Shown here: one piece after another, positions 24,724-37,230 of the stretch
How the letters are laid out: every line of letters begins with the position of its first letter
Numbering within the stretch: position 1 is the first letter of the stretch
Assembly (NCBI RefSeq): GCF_009834535.1
Contig: NC_045697.1
Coordinates: 117,244,001 to 117,308,000 of the forward strand
Source: Camelus ferus
Taxonomy: Eukaryota
Length of the DNA stretch: 64,000 nt
Reading direction: 5' to 3'
Notes under the pieces: model-generated
What the model was told of the DNA's origin: nothing
What the model saw: only the letters and a program-made list of their open reading frames with translations
Databases searched by the model: none
Made by a program: the position numbers and the translations under genes

Positions 24724-26553
24724 GTCCAGAATAATATATTTTTAATATTCAGTTCATAAGAATATTTGTAAACAAAATTTAAATCCCCCCCCCCCCCAAA
24801 ATTGAAAATCCTCTAAATCTAAATCCTTACCCCTGGTGGTATACCTTTAAGAGACTCTAACTAATAACAAGCATTGAAAAGCCTGTGAAGTTTTAGATGT
24901 TTATTACTCACTTTTCCAATAATTTTATGTAGTGTTATTACCCTAGAACCACGAAAGTTATTTTCTGTTTCCGTCAGGTAACCCAGATGAGGTGAGCACA
25001 ACCGTGCCTGCAAGATTTATTTAGCTGCAGAATTGGGTTGTTAAGATGTCAGTTCTCAAATGTCCTACCTTCCATTTGGGTCACGGTAAAAAAAATCTTA
25101 TGTTAATAATAAATTTTAAAATTTTAAGTCAAAATGTCCTCTCTCGAATGTCCTATATGCATCCAAAGTTCCCAATTAAGACTCTAGTCACTGAAACTTC
25201 TTACTGGTATTTCAAAGTTCAGAGATGTTCTTGCTTGCTATTTAAATCTTAGTCTGCACTTAAAGTCACTAAAAAATGTTACAGATGACTGTATCTGCTC
25301 CCCTAATCAGAGTGAGGACAATACAGGTAAAGTTGAAGTTTCTTATGTGTAATTTCATGGTTGATAAGAATCAGAGTCAGAAAGTTAAGCTAGATCATTA
25401 ATTATGTTTATGTCCTAACAATGTTTTCTGTTTTACAAATATTTAATTCAACATAGCAGAGTTCATTTTCAGCCTTTGAGATTTGAAAGATGTTAGAGCT
25501 ACAGATCTTATTTTTATTTTTAAATACTGCACCTATTTTAAAAGAGATAATTTTCTTGTCAATGTGTCAACATTTTGATAGGAAAATATTGCTATTAAAT
25601 TCTTATATCATGGGGTTTTTCATCTTCAAATCATTGCTATTTATAAAAACTTGGATATCCTAAAAAAAAATAAAAAAAAAACCCAGTGAAGCTAGTTTAG
25701 TAGCTCAAATTTCCTTTGTGTTTGGAATTTCCTTTTATTGATTGGTATCAAATTTTCCTCTGTTTTGCATACTCAGTTGAAAAGTTGAAACTCAATTTAA
25801 TGTTTTAACATGTCACGAAACTTGGATGGATAATGAAAATATTAGAAAATAAGTTCCGATCATCCAGTTTACATTGTCAAGATGAAATTTTCTAAAGGTA
25901 GACCAGAAAAAAACTTCTAAAATTAAAATACAAAATGTAACTTTGGGACCAAATATCCCAAGAAAACTGGCAAAGTAAAAAAGAAACGTTAAATGATTTC
26001 CAACGGTTTCAGGCTAAAATATAATACTTGCTTCAAACTTAAAATATCACTATTTTGTTTAGTATGTTTAAACCATTAAAGAAAAGGAAGAAAGAATATT
26101 GGAGATTTTGATCAGCCAATCTGTCAGCTGTGTTAGTTACTTTTTTTTTTTAATATTGTCTTCAGGATTTGAGGATTACAGTTATTATCAGAAGGTAATA
26201 TGTAGGTTTTAAATTGTGCTTAGTTCAGGGGATGTGAACACTAGTAATCCTATTTTTATTTATATTTAATCCATGCTATGTAGTCTTTGAATGAAGTGCT
26301 AAGTGAAGGCTGATTGAACAGGCAACAGTTTGAATATAATGACTGATCCTGTTTGAAAACTTCCTTTAATTTTCTTCCCCTTCTGTATTAGAGAACTTTT
26401 CTCTGTATAATTTTAACATCTAACAGTTGGTGGAGGCCAACCTACACACATTTAGCTCAGAGGCTCCGGAATCCGTGCTTGGTACCAAGCTGTATTTCAG
26501 GGCTGCATGACTGAGCTCAGGAAAACTTGAGCATAAGTAAAGGTGTGACTTTG

Positions 26554-26714
26554 CAGTATTCTCAGAATTTAATATGCATTCAGACCTCCTGGGTATATTG
26601 TTAAAATGCAGATTCTGATTCAGTCAGTGGAATGTAGATGGAATTCTGCCGTTCTAATAAGCTCAAGTTAATGCCAATGTGACGGGTCCATGGACCACCC
26701 TTTCAGTAGCAAGG
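26554..26714. mobile_element. MER5A/B-like hAT-Charlie element
   Basis: TGTTAAAATGCAGATTCTGATTCAGT...GGTCCATGGACCACCCTTT...GTAGCAAGG. Confidence 0.8.
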
Positions 26715-27559
26715 AGCAGACTGTTAAGAGTTTTGCAACTGTTTGGGTCTCTCAATACCAATGCTTCATTAATCAGATCAACATTTTTTTTTAAGATGGA
26801 AAATTTTAAGGATAAGCAGACAACCATCAAACTCTGCATACATTTTTTTTTAATGACATCCACCATTTAGGAAGACATCTTGAGAAAATCTTTGATGTAA
26901 TGGAGAACTAGGAAGACCATTACTGCTTATATATAACTGATTAACTGGTGGCAAGGATAGCTATTTCTGTTAATTCAAAACTCACTATAATTACACTCTT
27001 TTTAACCAAGTCTGTGTCTCTGGTTCTACCACATCCTTTAAGACAGTTGGCAACCAACAACAACAACTTCAAGACAGCGAGTTCCACCTAGTAGTGAGAC
27101 CAATTGAGGGATGAAACTCGGAGTGGTGAAACTTGCAATTTGAAAGATACTAGAGCTATAGACCTTGATTTTATTTTTAAATATTCTACCTGTTTTAAAA
27201 GAGATCTATCCCCGTGTCAATATTTTGATTGGGAAAAATTGCTATTGGCATAAATTTTTGCATCACGGAGTTTGGGATAGACATGGTGCTGTCAGGCCAT
27301 CTGAACTTAAGCCACAGCAACCAGGATCGTGGACTGCAAAATCTCCAATCAAATCAAACTTTTATAGAAAAGATATTCATGTGAAATATATATCCTGCAA
27401 AGTTTTCATTATTTTACCTGAAAAGCAAGAGGAATAATTATAAATGATAATTTTCTATCTTTTCACTAAATATTATCAGAAGTCCAGAGTACAGGTTTCT
27501 TCTACTTGTAAAACTCAGCTTTGATTCAGACTGAGGGTTCTAGATGCTAAATGACAAAC

Positions 27560-28950
27560 TTTTTTAAAACTGAGGTATAATTGAAAAATAAGAATTGTAT
27601 GTATTTAAGGTACACAACTTGATGTTTTGATATGTGTGCACATTATAAAATGATCACCACAATCAAGCTAATTAATGTATCCATCATCTCACACGGTTAC
27701 CATTTTCTTTCTTATTTTGTGTCTGTGTGATGAGAACTGAAGATCTACTCTCTTAATAAACTTCAAGTATTCAATATAGTATTATTAAGTGTAGTCGTTA
27801 CACCGCACATTAGATCTTAGACCTTATTTATTTTGCAAACAGAAACTAGGTACCCTTAGGGCAACATCTCCACACTGGCCCCTCCCTTCTACCTCTGGCA
27901 TCTGCCATTCTACTCTCTGCTTCTATGAATGTGACAATTTTAGATTCCACATATAAGTGAGATCATGCAATATTTGTCTTTCTGTGTCTGCTTATTTCAT
28001 TTAGCATAACGTCCTCCAGTTTCATTTATGTTGTTCCAAATGGTAGAATTCCCTTTTTTTCAAAGTCTGAATAATATCCATTGTATACATATACCACATT
28101 CTCTTTATCCATGCATCAGCTGGTGGACATTTAGGTTGTTTCCGTATCTTGGCTACTGTGAACAATTTGTTGCAATGAACATGAGAGCATAGGTATCTCT
28201 TTGATAGCTATGCATGTCAGCTGATCTTCCAAGAACATACAATGAGAAAAGATAGTCTCTTCAATAAATGGTGTTACAAAAATTAAATATCTAAATGCAG
28301 AAGAATAAAATTAGACCCTTATCTCATGTTATATACAAAAATCAACTCAAAGTGGATTAAAGACTTAAATGTAAGACCCGAAAATATAAAACTACTAGAA
28401 GAAAACATAGAGAAAACTCCTTCGCATTGGTCTTGGCTATGTTTTTTTGGATATGACACTAAATGCACATGCAACAGTAGTAAGAATAGACAAGGGAGAT
28501 TGCTCAAACTAGAAACCTTCTGCACAGTAAAGGAAACAATCAACAGAGTGAAAACACAACTTACAGGATGGGATAAAATATTTGCAAACCATATATCTGA
28601 TAAGAGGTTGATACAAAAATATGTGAGACACTTAATATTAAAAACACAAATAACCTGATTAAAACATCGGCAAAGGACCAGAATAAATGTTTCTCAAAAC
28701 ATTGCTAATCATCAGGGGATGCAAATCAAAATCACAGTAAGTTATCACCTGACACCTGTTAGAATGGCTATCATAAAAAAGTCAAAAGGTAAAAAATGTT
28801 TTCAAGAATAATAACACTTGTATAGTTTGGGCATAAATGTAAATTGTTATAGCCATTATGGAAAACAGCATAGAGGTTCCCTAGGAATTAAACATAGAAC
28901 TATCATGTGATACAGCAATCCCACTTCTTGCTATACGTTCAAAGGAAATA
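27560..28950 (-). mobile_element. L1MA-type element with 5' inversion (twin priming)
   Basis: Antisense 3' end at about 27560-28207 joined to a sense ORF2 segment at about 28208-28950 (ORF 28326 YTKINSKWIKDLNVRPENIKLLEENI). TSD AAATGACAAACTTTT / AAATAACAAATTACTTTT. Confidence 0.92.
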
Positions 28951-29374
28951 ACAAATTACTTTTGACATTTAAATTTATTTTCCTTATTCCATTTTTGTTA
29001 AGGACAATGCCATGAAGTAGACTCTAAAAATCATTTACATAATAAATGTTTATTTATTGCTTATATGTGTTCCCACATGTTTTCCCAAAACAGATGTACT
29101 GATGATGTGCAATGATCTTACTGCTTTAATTTTGTTGCTTTTTTCCCTAAGGGTGCTGAATACTTTTACCCTCTTCCTTTCTGTCATACATTTTCATCAT
29201 ATTACTTCTGTTTCAGGAAGATTTACCAAATAATTACATGAACTTGAGTTGACAGGTGCAGTAACTCAAATATTTAATGAACAAAATGAATCACATTTAC
29301 CTTGGTTTACCTAGAATTGGAGATTAAGAACTAATATTTTCATATTAAAGTTATGACTATTTGATAGCTAGGGT

Positions 29375-29886
29375 TGAAACAGAGAAGAACAAATCTGACT
29401 TCATACAGACCTGTTCCTCTGGTTCTCACTCTGCGCTCTGTTTCCTGGGCTCAGTCATGCTGGTTCTGCACCTTTTGTAAAAGAATGTTGCCTAGAGCCT
29501 GAAATAGACAGGACAGCCCATCCTCAAGGCTCTGATCTTTAAGGATGTAACACTTTCCCATTCATATAAAGCTAAAAAGTTGCAGAACAGGGAGTAACAT
29601 TTGTCCTGTTGGAGCTTTACCACGTGGACAGCTGCAAGAACAAAGGACTATGACACCAAGAAGTTTGTAACAACCACACAGACCCCCTCCCCTTTTAGTA
29701 GAAAAGAAACTTGAATTCTAACTCAGGTGAGACGGTCCTTTGGGATACTAGTCCACCATCTTTTCAGTCTACTAGCTTTCTGAATAAAGTTGCTATAAAT
29801 GTAATTAAATTCCCTGCCCCAGCACCTCATTTCTTCATGTATTGGTCTGTCATGCAGCAAGCAGTATGCACTTAGACTCAGTAACA
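29375..29886 (+). mobile_element. Solo LTR, ERV1-like family A, copy 3
   Basis: TGAAACAGAGAAGAAC...CAGTAACA, AATAAA near 29783. Flanks GGGT/GGAT. Confidence 0.92.
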
Positions 29887-30321
29887 GGATCAAAACAGAG
29901 TAAGCTTTAAATGCCTTAATTGGTAATATATGGGAAAATATTCTGAAAACAATTTAAATGTTTTAGTCCTAACATCAAATATAAACAGTGAAACAGTATT
30001 TTGAAGCCAAAACAATAAATCTGAAGTATTTAGAGTAGAAACATAAATGCACTATGCACAGACTCTTGAGTAACAGATGAAAAAATATTTCAATTTAGGG
30101 CAAAATTTAGAAATAGACAATCTTCCAATGATAAGACAAACATGTTTATAATCCTCTATGCTTATTTGTGGAAGAAAAAAACCTATTTTTGTAACAATAG
30201 TTGTTGCTTTTCTAAAGTTTTAAATACACAAAAAGTACTGACTAGCCTCAAATCTCCTGGGGAAATGCACATATTTCCCTGGACCAAGCTGTTAAAAGTA
30301 GATCAGTAGTATCATATTGTA

Positions 30322-30480
30322 AATAAATAAGTAACAAGGATATACTATACAGCACAGGGAAATACAGCCGTTACTTTGTAATAATGTTAAATGGAGTATA
30401 ACCTATTAAAATATTGAATCACTATGTTTTACACTTGAAACAAATATAATATCGTAAATCAACTATACTTTAATAAAAAT
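30322..30480 (+). mobile_element. L1 3' tip
   Basis: AACAAGGATATACTATACAGCACAGGGAAATA...AAATCAACTATACTTTAATAAAAA. Confidence 0.85.
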
Positions 30481-33099
30481 GTTAAATTGTAATTTAAACA
30501 ACTATTTTCTACAAGTTCCATTTAGGAAATTACAGAAATTAAAGAAGCAGCAAGTGGATGTGCTCAAGAGATGTTGGAGATGTGATTGAGCCTTTTTATT
30601 TTTTTTTTTTTTCTTTTAATCATTGTGCATTTCAGAATAAAGATATTTCAAATCTGGAAATACATCCATGTGACAGAGGCAGTTTTGCTATATGAAAAAT
30701 ACAGCAAATATGTTGAAAAAAATCAAATTAGTTTGAATGTTTTGAGAAATGGTCACAACATTAATATTTTGAAGGTAGATGTATCTCTCCATAGGGTAAT
30801 GATTAATTTCTAGTATGTCCTTTATTAATTATTTTACAGTGTGTGTCCTTCCCTCTGCTTTAACAGACTTGGAATATGCAGCTCAGACGACTTGCTTGAG
30901 CCAGAATGTCACAATAGGGACTGAGCCTTTTTCCCAGTGTCTCCTGTCCTTTCTCACAAATCAAAAAAAGAGGAAGAAATTGATAAAAAGAGAGCGATGA
31001 CCTTTGCTGAGTACCTGTCATGCTCTAGCTTCTGTGAGAGTGGAAAGTTTCTCATAATTATTTCTTTTATTTCAGCTTCATATATTATGAACTCTCTGCT
31101 GAGGCAGCTACTATCTGGTGGAAAAAATGAACATCTTCAACTTTCTTTTGGTCTAAACTTCTTAACCTAAAAAATACATTTTAAAATACTTACCCATCGA
31201 GTTCTCTGAGAATTAAATGAGACCATATATTTTAAACATTTATCAAAGAATCTGGCACGCCCTAACCCTTTAATAAATTTTGGCTACAAAATTATAATTC
31301 TGTTGCTATTACTATTAGTAGTAGTATTTAATTCTTACAGTAGTAAATCTGGGTAGATATAATGCCTATTTTTGTTAATAAGGAGCTGAGGTACATATTT
31401 TGAGTAAATTTTCCAGGGTTCCCAGACCATAAAAGGAAAACAGGAATCCAACCTGACTTTCACTGACCCCAGGCCCCTGTCACGAGCTCAGCATAAGGTT
31501 CACTGAAATACAGCTCCAGACTCTACCAGCTGTATGTCCTTGATTGAGAACATTTTTCTTTTTCAAAAAACTTTACATAAAACACAGTATTTCCTTTCTA
31601 TTTTAATTTCCAGTACTGAAATATTCATACTGGTGTATATGTTTGATTAAAAACAAAAGCTACATCCAGAGACACATTGTAAGTGACTGTCATCTCCACC
31701 TTCTACGCGGTATAGATACATGCATTGCTGTTTTGAAAGACTTGCAGATATTCTAAAAACGCATTGTGAATCAATCGCAAATTTTTAGAAATAAATACCT
31801 TTGGAGGTTTCGTTTCAATTTAGGAAATAATGTCTCAATGATTTTGTGTGTTCCACAGATTCATTTTTGGAAAGTCAGTCATTTCTGTGAAGTCCTTGTG
31901 GCCTCCTTGGAAGTAGACAGTACTGGAAATTGCATGATAATAAAGCCTTCGTGGGATTTCTATGTTTATTTCCTACATCAAAGATAGTAAAGTTGATGAA
32001 AATATTTTTATCTGGGTTATTCATCCATTTTGCATTGGCTTTTTATGTCTGTGCCAAACAAATGGGTGCAGTGTAATTTAATCCTTTGCAGTTTTGCCGG
32101 GGAATATGAGAACTGAAGTTAACACTAATTTAGAGAAGGGTGGAATGGGTGTTGGATTGAATATGAACTAAATTTATATTTGTAAGCCAAGCTGACTCTA
32201 TTACCCAGAGAGACTGAGAAATTCATACTACAATTGCAATAATTCAAAGCAAAAGAAAAAATTATTTTTTAAATCAGTAAGCTCTGTCTCCCTTTTAATA
32301 TGACTACTTGGCCAGGAGGGGCTGCAAATATATTCAGCCCTGCATTATGCCACAGAGAACCTAAGAATTCTGCGTAGCCAGGGCTAAGTGTCCATTTTAT
32401 GATCTTTCCACACGTTTCGTTTTCTATGCTTCAGTTCAGGTTTTCATTTGGTTTTGTACTGTTTTGCTTTACAGTTTCCTATTCACCCTTGTTTAACAAG
32501 AGAAACCTCTTGAACTGACATGTGGCAGGGCTGGCCGGGGATTTGTGTTTGGACTATAATTACGGTTGTTTCTAAATGCCAAGGAATGAAACAAAGTTCA
32601 GCAAGCCTTTCCCGTTGGAGGGCCTCCCTATCATCTGAGTCAAGTCTATGGCTCTGAAGAGTGATGATGAGTCTTTATTTGAACTTCCATCAGTTCAAAC
32701 GCTGTTGGCTCTGCTCTGTCAGGGACAGGAGCAGCAGAAACCAGCCCAGAGCGCACTGCACTGTTCATATTGAAGATATTTTTCATGATAAATAGAAACC
32801 AGGGGGTCTTGTATCTGATAAGTGCTCCCTGAATTATCGTTCTTTTATAAAGGCCCTTCACTTTAGCATCCATGTGGGGAAAATACATACTGGCAGGATT
32901 ACATTATGAGGATACTACTGTTGGACGTCACACAAATGATATACTCCATCTAGTCTGTTTTAGGGGCTAGTGGTCCCCAGAGACGAGAGAACCAATGATG
33001 GAGTCAGATCTGAGCATCTGAAGGAAGTGGCTCCGGCTGGGCAGCAGGTGCATGGGAGATGAGAGGAGTTTTCAATTTTCAGATAGAGAACAGAAAAGA

Positions 33100-33220
33100 G
33101 GGGGAGGGTACAGCTCGGTGGTAGAGCGTGTGCTTGGCATGCAGGAGGTCCTAGGTTCCACTGCCAGCACCTCCATTAAAAATACATAAATAAACCTAAT
33201 TACCTTCCCACTCAATAAGA
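33100..33220 (+). mobile_element. Vic-1-like camelid tRNA-derived SINE with GA-rich tail (to about 33290)
   Basis: GGGGAGGGTACAGCTCGGTGGTAGAGCGTGTGCTTGGCATGCAGGAGGTCCTAGGTTCCACTGCCAGCACCTCCATTAAAAAT: Pol III A and B boxes plus a non-tRNA tail. Confidence 0.88.
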
Positions 33221-33526
33221 AGAAAGAAAGAGAGAGAGAGAGGGAGGGAGGGAGGGAGGAAAGAAAAAAAAGGAGAGGAGTGGAAAGAGCCAGAGTAACT
33301 TACTGCCTTCTTCCACATTTACCTACCATGCCCCCTGGCCACACTTGGGTTTGGGAGAAGTTCAGAAGAAGAATGAAATAACTTTCTATTGAGTAAGAAT
33401 TTTGGACCAGGACTTGTGCTGAGTGCTTTGCATTGATTCTGTCATTTGATTTTTGTTTTTAATGGAATTTATTTTGAGGGAAAGTGAGACAGGCTTTTCC
33501 CAAGTTGATCAGGACAGAATAATTCA

Positions 33527-33743
33527 TTGCAACTATTAACTATTATATATACAAATAGAAAAAAAAACCAAATTTCTACTGTAGAGCACAGGGAACTATA
33601 CTCAATATCTTGTAGTCACCTACAATGAAAAAGAATATGAAAAGGAATACACGTATGTATATGTATGACTGAGACATGATGCTGTGCACCAGAAACTGAC
33701 ACATTGTAACTGACTATAATTCAATAAAAAAAGAGAAAAATAA
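33527..33743 (+). mobile_element. L1 3' end
   Basis: CTGTAGAGCACAGGGAACTATACTCAATATCTTGTAG...ACTGACTATAATTCAATAAAAAA. Confidence 0.9.
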
Positions 33744-35618
33744 AGTATTCATCAAATTTGGAGGAACAAAAAGAATAATCCATTTGGAGAAGACAGATAT
33801 CGATGACTGTGAAGTCGACTAAAGTTTGTGATCCCACCAGGTAGAATTCACCCCCTGGGCTTACCAAGTTCCAGGAGATAAACTGTTCAGCCAGATGTGG
33901 TTCAGGTTGGCAGTTCTGAGCTTCAGGGCTGGTGCTGAGGGAGGGACCTGATATCAAAGTAACTCCATGGCTCCCTTTGGTACACCTCCATCGCTCCTTC
34001 TGTCTCTTTCATCTGCATTGTGTTTCTCCTGCCCTGCCCTGTTGCTGTCTTAGACTCGGCCCTCGATGGGTGGATTGGGTAGTTTACTGTGACCCCAAGC
34101 ATTGTCTCTTAGGTTAAGCACCAGTAATTATGTACTAAAGGATTAACTAAAAGCTGTCAGGTTTTTTTCAGTTAATTCTTAGGAAAGATTCATGGAGACA
34201 TCAGGCCCTCTCAGAACTAAGAAAGCAAAGTTTTGATTTAAAACACTTGATTCAAGAATCTTAATAAAACCTTGGCTACAGTGATCAAATAGATCAAATT
34301 AGCAACTCACATGTCCAAGTCTCTGTCTAACAATGTAGGATAATGAAGCTTGGTGTCAGTTAATTGTTTAGGTCAGTAAAGAATTTTTTAGACAAAAAAA
34401 AGTAAATTTAACACTTTCTAAAATCTCATGTGTTAAAAGAGGAAAATTTGAAAGGGACTTAAATCCTTGGGAAATATCAACAGTTTGTATCTTTCACAGA
34501 CGCTCCCTCATTAAAATGATCAAAATGACAACAAGAGTGTAATAGATTCTGACCCATTGCAGTGAAAAAAAAATTACTAAGCAGAATGTCTGAACAATCA
34601 CGCCAACTATGACGTTTATATTATAAAAGTGTCATATAAAGTATTAGAAAAGAAAATTATTATGCTTTTTACTGTAGACATATAAAAAATTAAATTCTCA
34701 GGGTTTATTTTCCAGTTCATTTCTTAGGCACTCAAAAACCTCCCTTGAATGGCAACTGTTTAGTATTCACAACTAACAAAACAAGGACTTCAAAATTTTT
34801 AGGATTTGATTTCTCTCATTAGCAAAATAAAAGGTTTTGAGATGAGGTAGAAAGTGCTTCTTCTGATTTGACAGCATTTCCAAAATTGGTACCCAAATGT
34901 ACCCAAGTTTCTAAAAATGTCTACTCTGAACACATAGGATTGCCTTGTCAGCAATGACAGTAACTCCAATGGCACTAGGAAAATAAAAGTGGTTTCAAGG
35001 AGAGATAATTAAATTTGATTATGATGGCAAATTATTCCTTCATCATTTGGTGGACCTCAAATGCAGTTATTTTAAGTCAAATCTACCATGTCACTGAGAA
35101 GTGAAACATGCTTGGAAAACTGAAATTGATTTAATTAATGCCTCCTAGAAGTCAGACCTTGATACTACAGGTTACCTGCGGACGATGTGTGGAGTTTCTT
35201 ATAAATAATTGCCTGCAGTAAGTATCCACAGAATGGTGCTCTCAAATCCAGGGTGAAATATTTTCTTAATCTCTTTAATAATCTTGTGCTAATATTTCAT
35301 TCTTCAAATGATTTTGCCCAGGCAGGAAAAATGTAAGTATAGTTGTATGTATACAATTTTATGCCTACCCAGAGTCCCTCTCTCCATACAGATGCACACA
35401 AATGCATCCTCACTCTTATATATGATGTCAGGTGCATGATAGGTACTATATTAGCTAGAGGGAACACAAAATATATACAAATATGAAACTGTGTTGTTTT
35501 CTCATATAACTTCAACATTAAGAGAAAATCAGATTTATTAAAATGAATGACATAGATCTTTGGATGCAACTGTGATAGAGTACCTGGATGAGTTTTACCT
35601 CCCTACTGTAAGGAGCTA

Positions 35619-35732
35619 TTTTTTTAAATTTTATTTTTTATTGAGGTGTAGTTGATTTATAATGTTAGTTTCAGGTGTTCAGCAAAGTGTTTCAGGTATG
35701 CATACACATGTATACACACACACACACATATA
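35619..35732 (-). mobile_element. L1 3' tip with (CA)n
   Basis: TTTTTTATTGAGGTGTAGTTGATTTATAATGTTAGTTTCAGGTG. Confidence 0.8.
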
Positions 35733-35779
35733 CAACTGATACTGTTACTGGTACAATGACCTTAGAATACTTTATCTCC

Positions 35780-37070
35780 ATTTAGTCTTCTCCTTTTTTA
35801 TGCAGTATTTTTCTAAGATATTTTTTATCGTGTCACTTCACAAGGTATTTTACTTATTGTTTATTTGTTGTTTTACTCATCTGTTCTCCCTTCGTTACTC
35901 TGGATATTTCCTTCTGGTCAGTATTCCAGTTCACTCATTTTCTTTTTAATTGTGTCTTAAACCACCTATATAATATGTAATTTGTATTTTTCTATTTTCC
36001 AGTTCTACTATTTCTATTCAGGTCTTTTTCAACTCTAAAAATTCCTTATCCTTTTTGTTTCCTTGCTGAAAAGGAGTTGAACACTTTTTACATCTGTGAG
36101 TTTTTTTATCCTGTATATGGTAATTCTGGTATTTGGAGGGAATGTATCTGTTTCTGCTCTGGTTGTAGAAGAGTAGGTTCTTGCCTCGAACAGAAAAGAA
36201 TTCAAGAGCAAGGCAGAGTAAAGAGAAGTTTATTTAGAGAGATACACACTCCATAGACAGAGTGTGGGCTGGCCCAGAAGGCAAGAGAGAGAGCGACTAC
36301 GAGGTGTGGAGTTGTTAGGTTTTATAGGCTGGGTAATTTCATATGCTAATGAGTAGGAGGATTATTCCAACTACTTTGGGGAAGGGGCTGGGGTTTCCAG
36401 GAATTAGGTCCCGCCCACTTGTGGACCTTTTATGGTCAGCCAGGGAGCTGTCTTGGCCCTGTGGGTGTGCATGAGGCTCAAGGTCTACTGGAAGTCAAAT
36501 CTTCTGCCATCTTGGTTTTAACCAGTCTGTCCTGTCCTCAGCTGCTGTGTCATTCAGTGGTTGTGCCCTGCCCTCTTTCCTCCTATTTCACTCACTGTTA
36601 CCTACTTTGTTTCTCCTTCATGTTATCAAATATCACCAAACCCCTAGATTATCCTTGATTGTGCTCTAGACTTTACATTAAAAAAAGTCATTGCTTTAAA
36701 AAAAAACACCTGAGGTCTAGAGTGATGCTACCTTCCTCCTGAAAGGATGTATGTTTGTTCCTGCCAGATGCCTAAAGAGACAACACCAGGCATCATCTCA
36801 GTCCAGCATTGGCCTTGAGATTGACTGGGTCACTCAGTGATGTAAATTTGGGGGCTTTGTGGCAAATGATGGTGCATTTCTAGTTTACCCATTCTCCTAG
36901 AGTGAAGCTCTGGGATGTTTCCAATATGCACACTGGGAAGAATACCAGGGTTTCACTCTTGGTAGAATCTGGACCTCCATTTGCTTTTCCTCTAACAAAA
37001 TGAGACTATGAAAGGTGTTGCTGAGTCTCTCAACTATCTCCTCTGGATCAGCGAACAGACTCAGAGCAAA
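35780..37070 (-). mobile_element. Old L1M 5'/ORF1-region fragment, split by an LTR
   Basis: T-rich antisense L1-like sequence on both sides of the 36164-36590 LTR. Confidence 0.55.
36164..36590 (-). mobile_element. Solo LTR, ERV1-like family C
   Basis: TG...CA termini. Minus-strand AATAAA (GTTTATTT near 36228) and TATA (TTTTATA near 36320). Internal TTCATATGCTAATGAG and TCTGCCATCTTGG motifs. Confidence 0.8.
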
Positions 37071-37074
37071 TCAA

Positions 37075-37230
37075 ACTACTCCACCTCTTTGTGTCTCAAT
37101 TTTCCCTTATGCAAATGATATAGACATGAGTTCACGGTTCCTAAGATTGTGGTAAAGATTAAATGAGTCAATCGTGTAAGACATGTAGTGTCTGGCACAT
37201 GGTAAGAACTAAATTATTATCTATCAATAT
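37075..37230 (+). mobile_element. MIR SINE
   Basis: GATTGTGGTAAAGATTAAATGAG...GTGTCTGGCACATGGTAAG. Confidence 0.8.

Noticed and set aside
33100..33175. tRNA gene
   Set aside because: The B box and acceptor stem are degenerate, a SINE tail follows, and a second dispersed copy exists, so it is a SINE.
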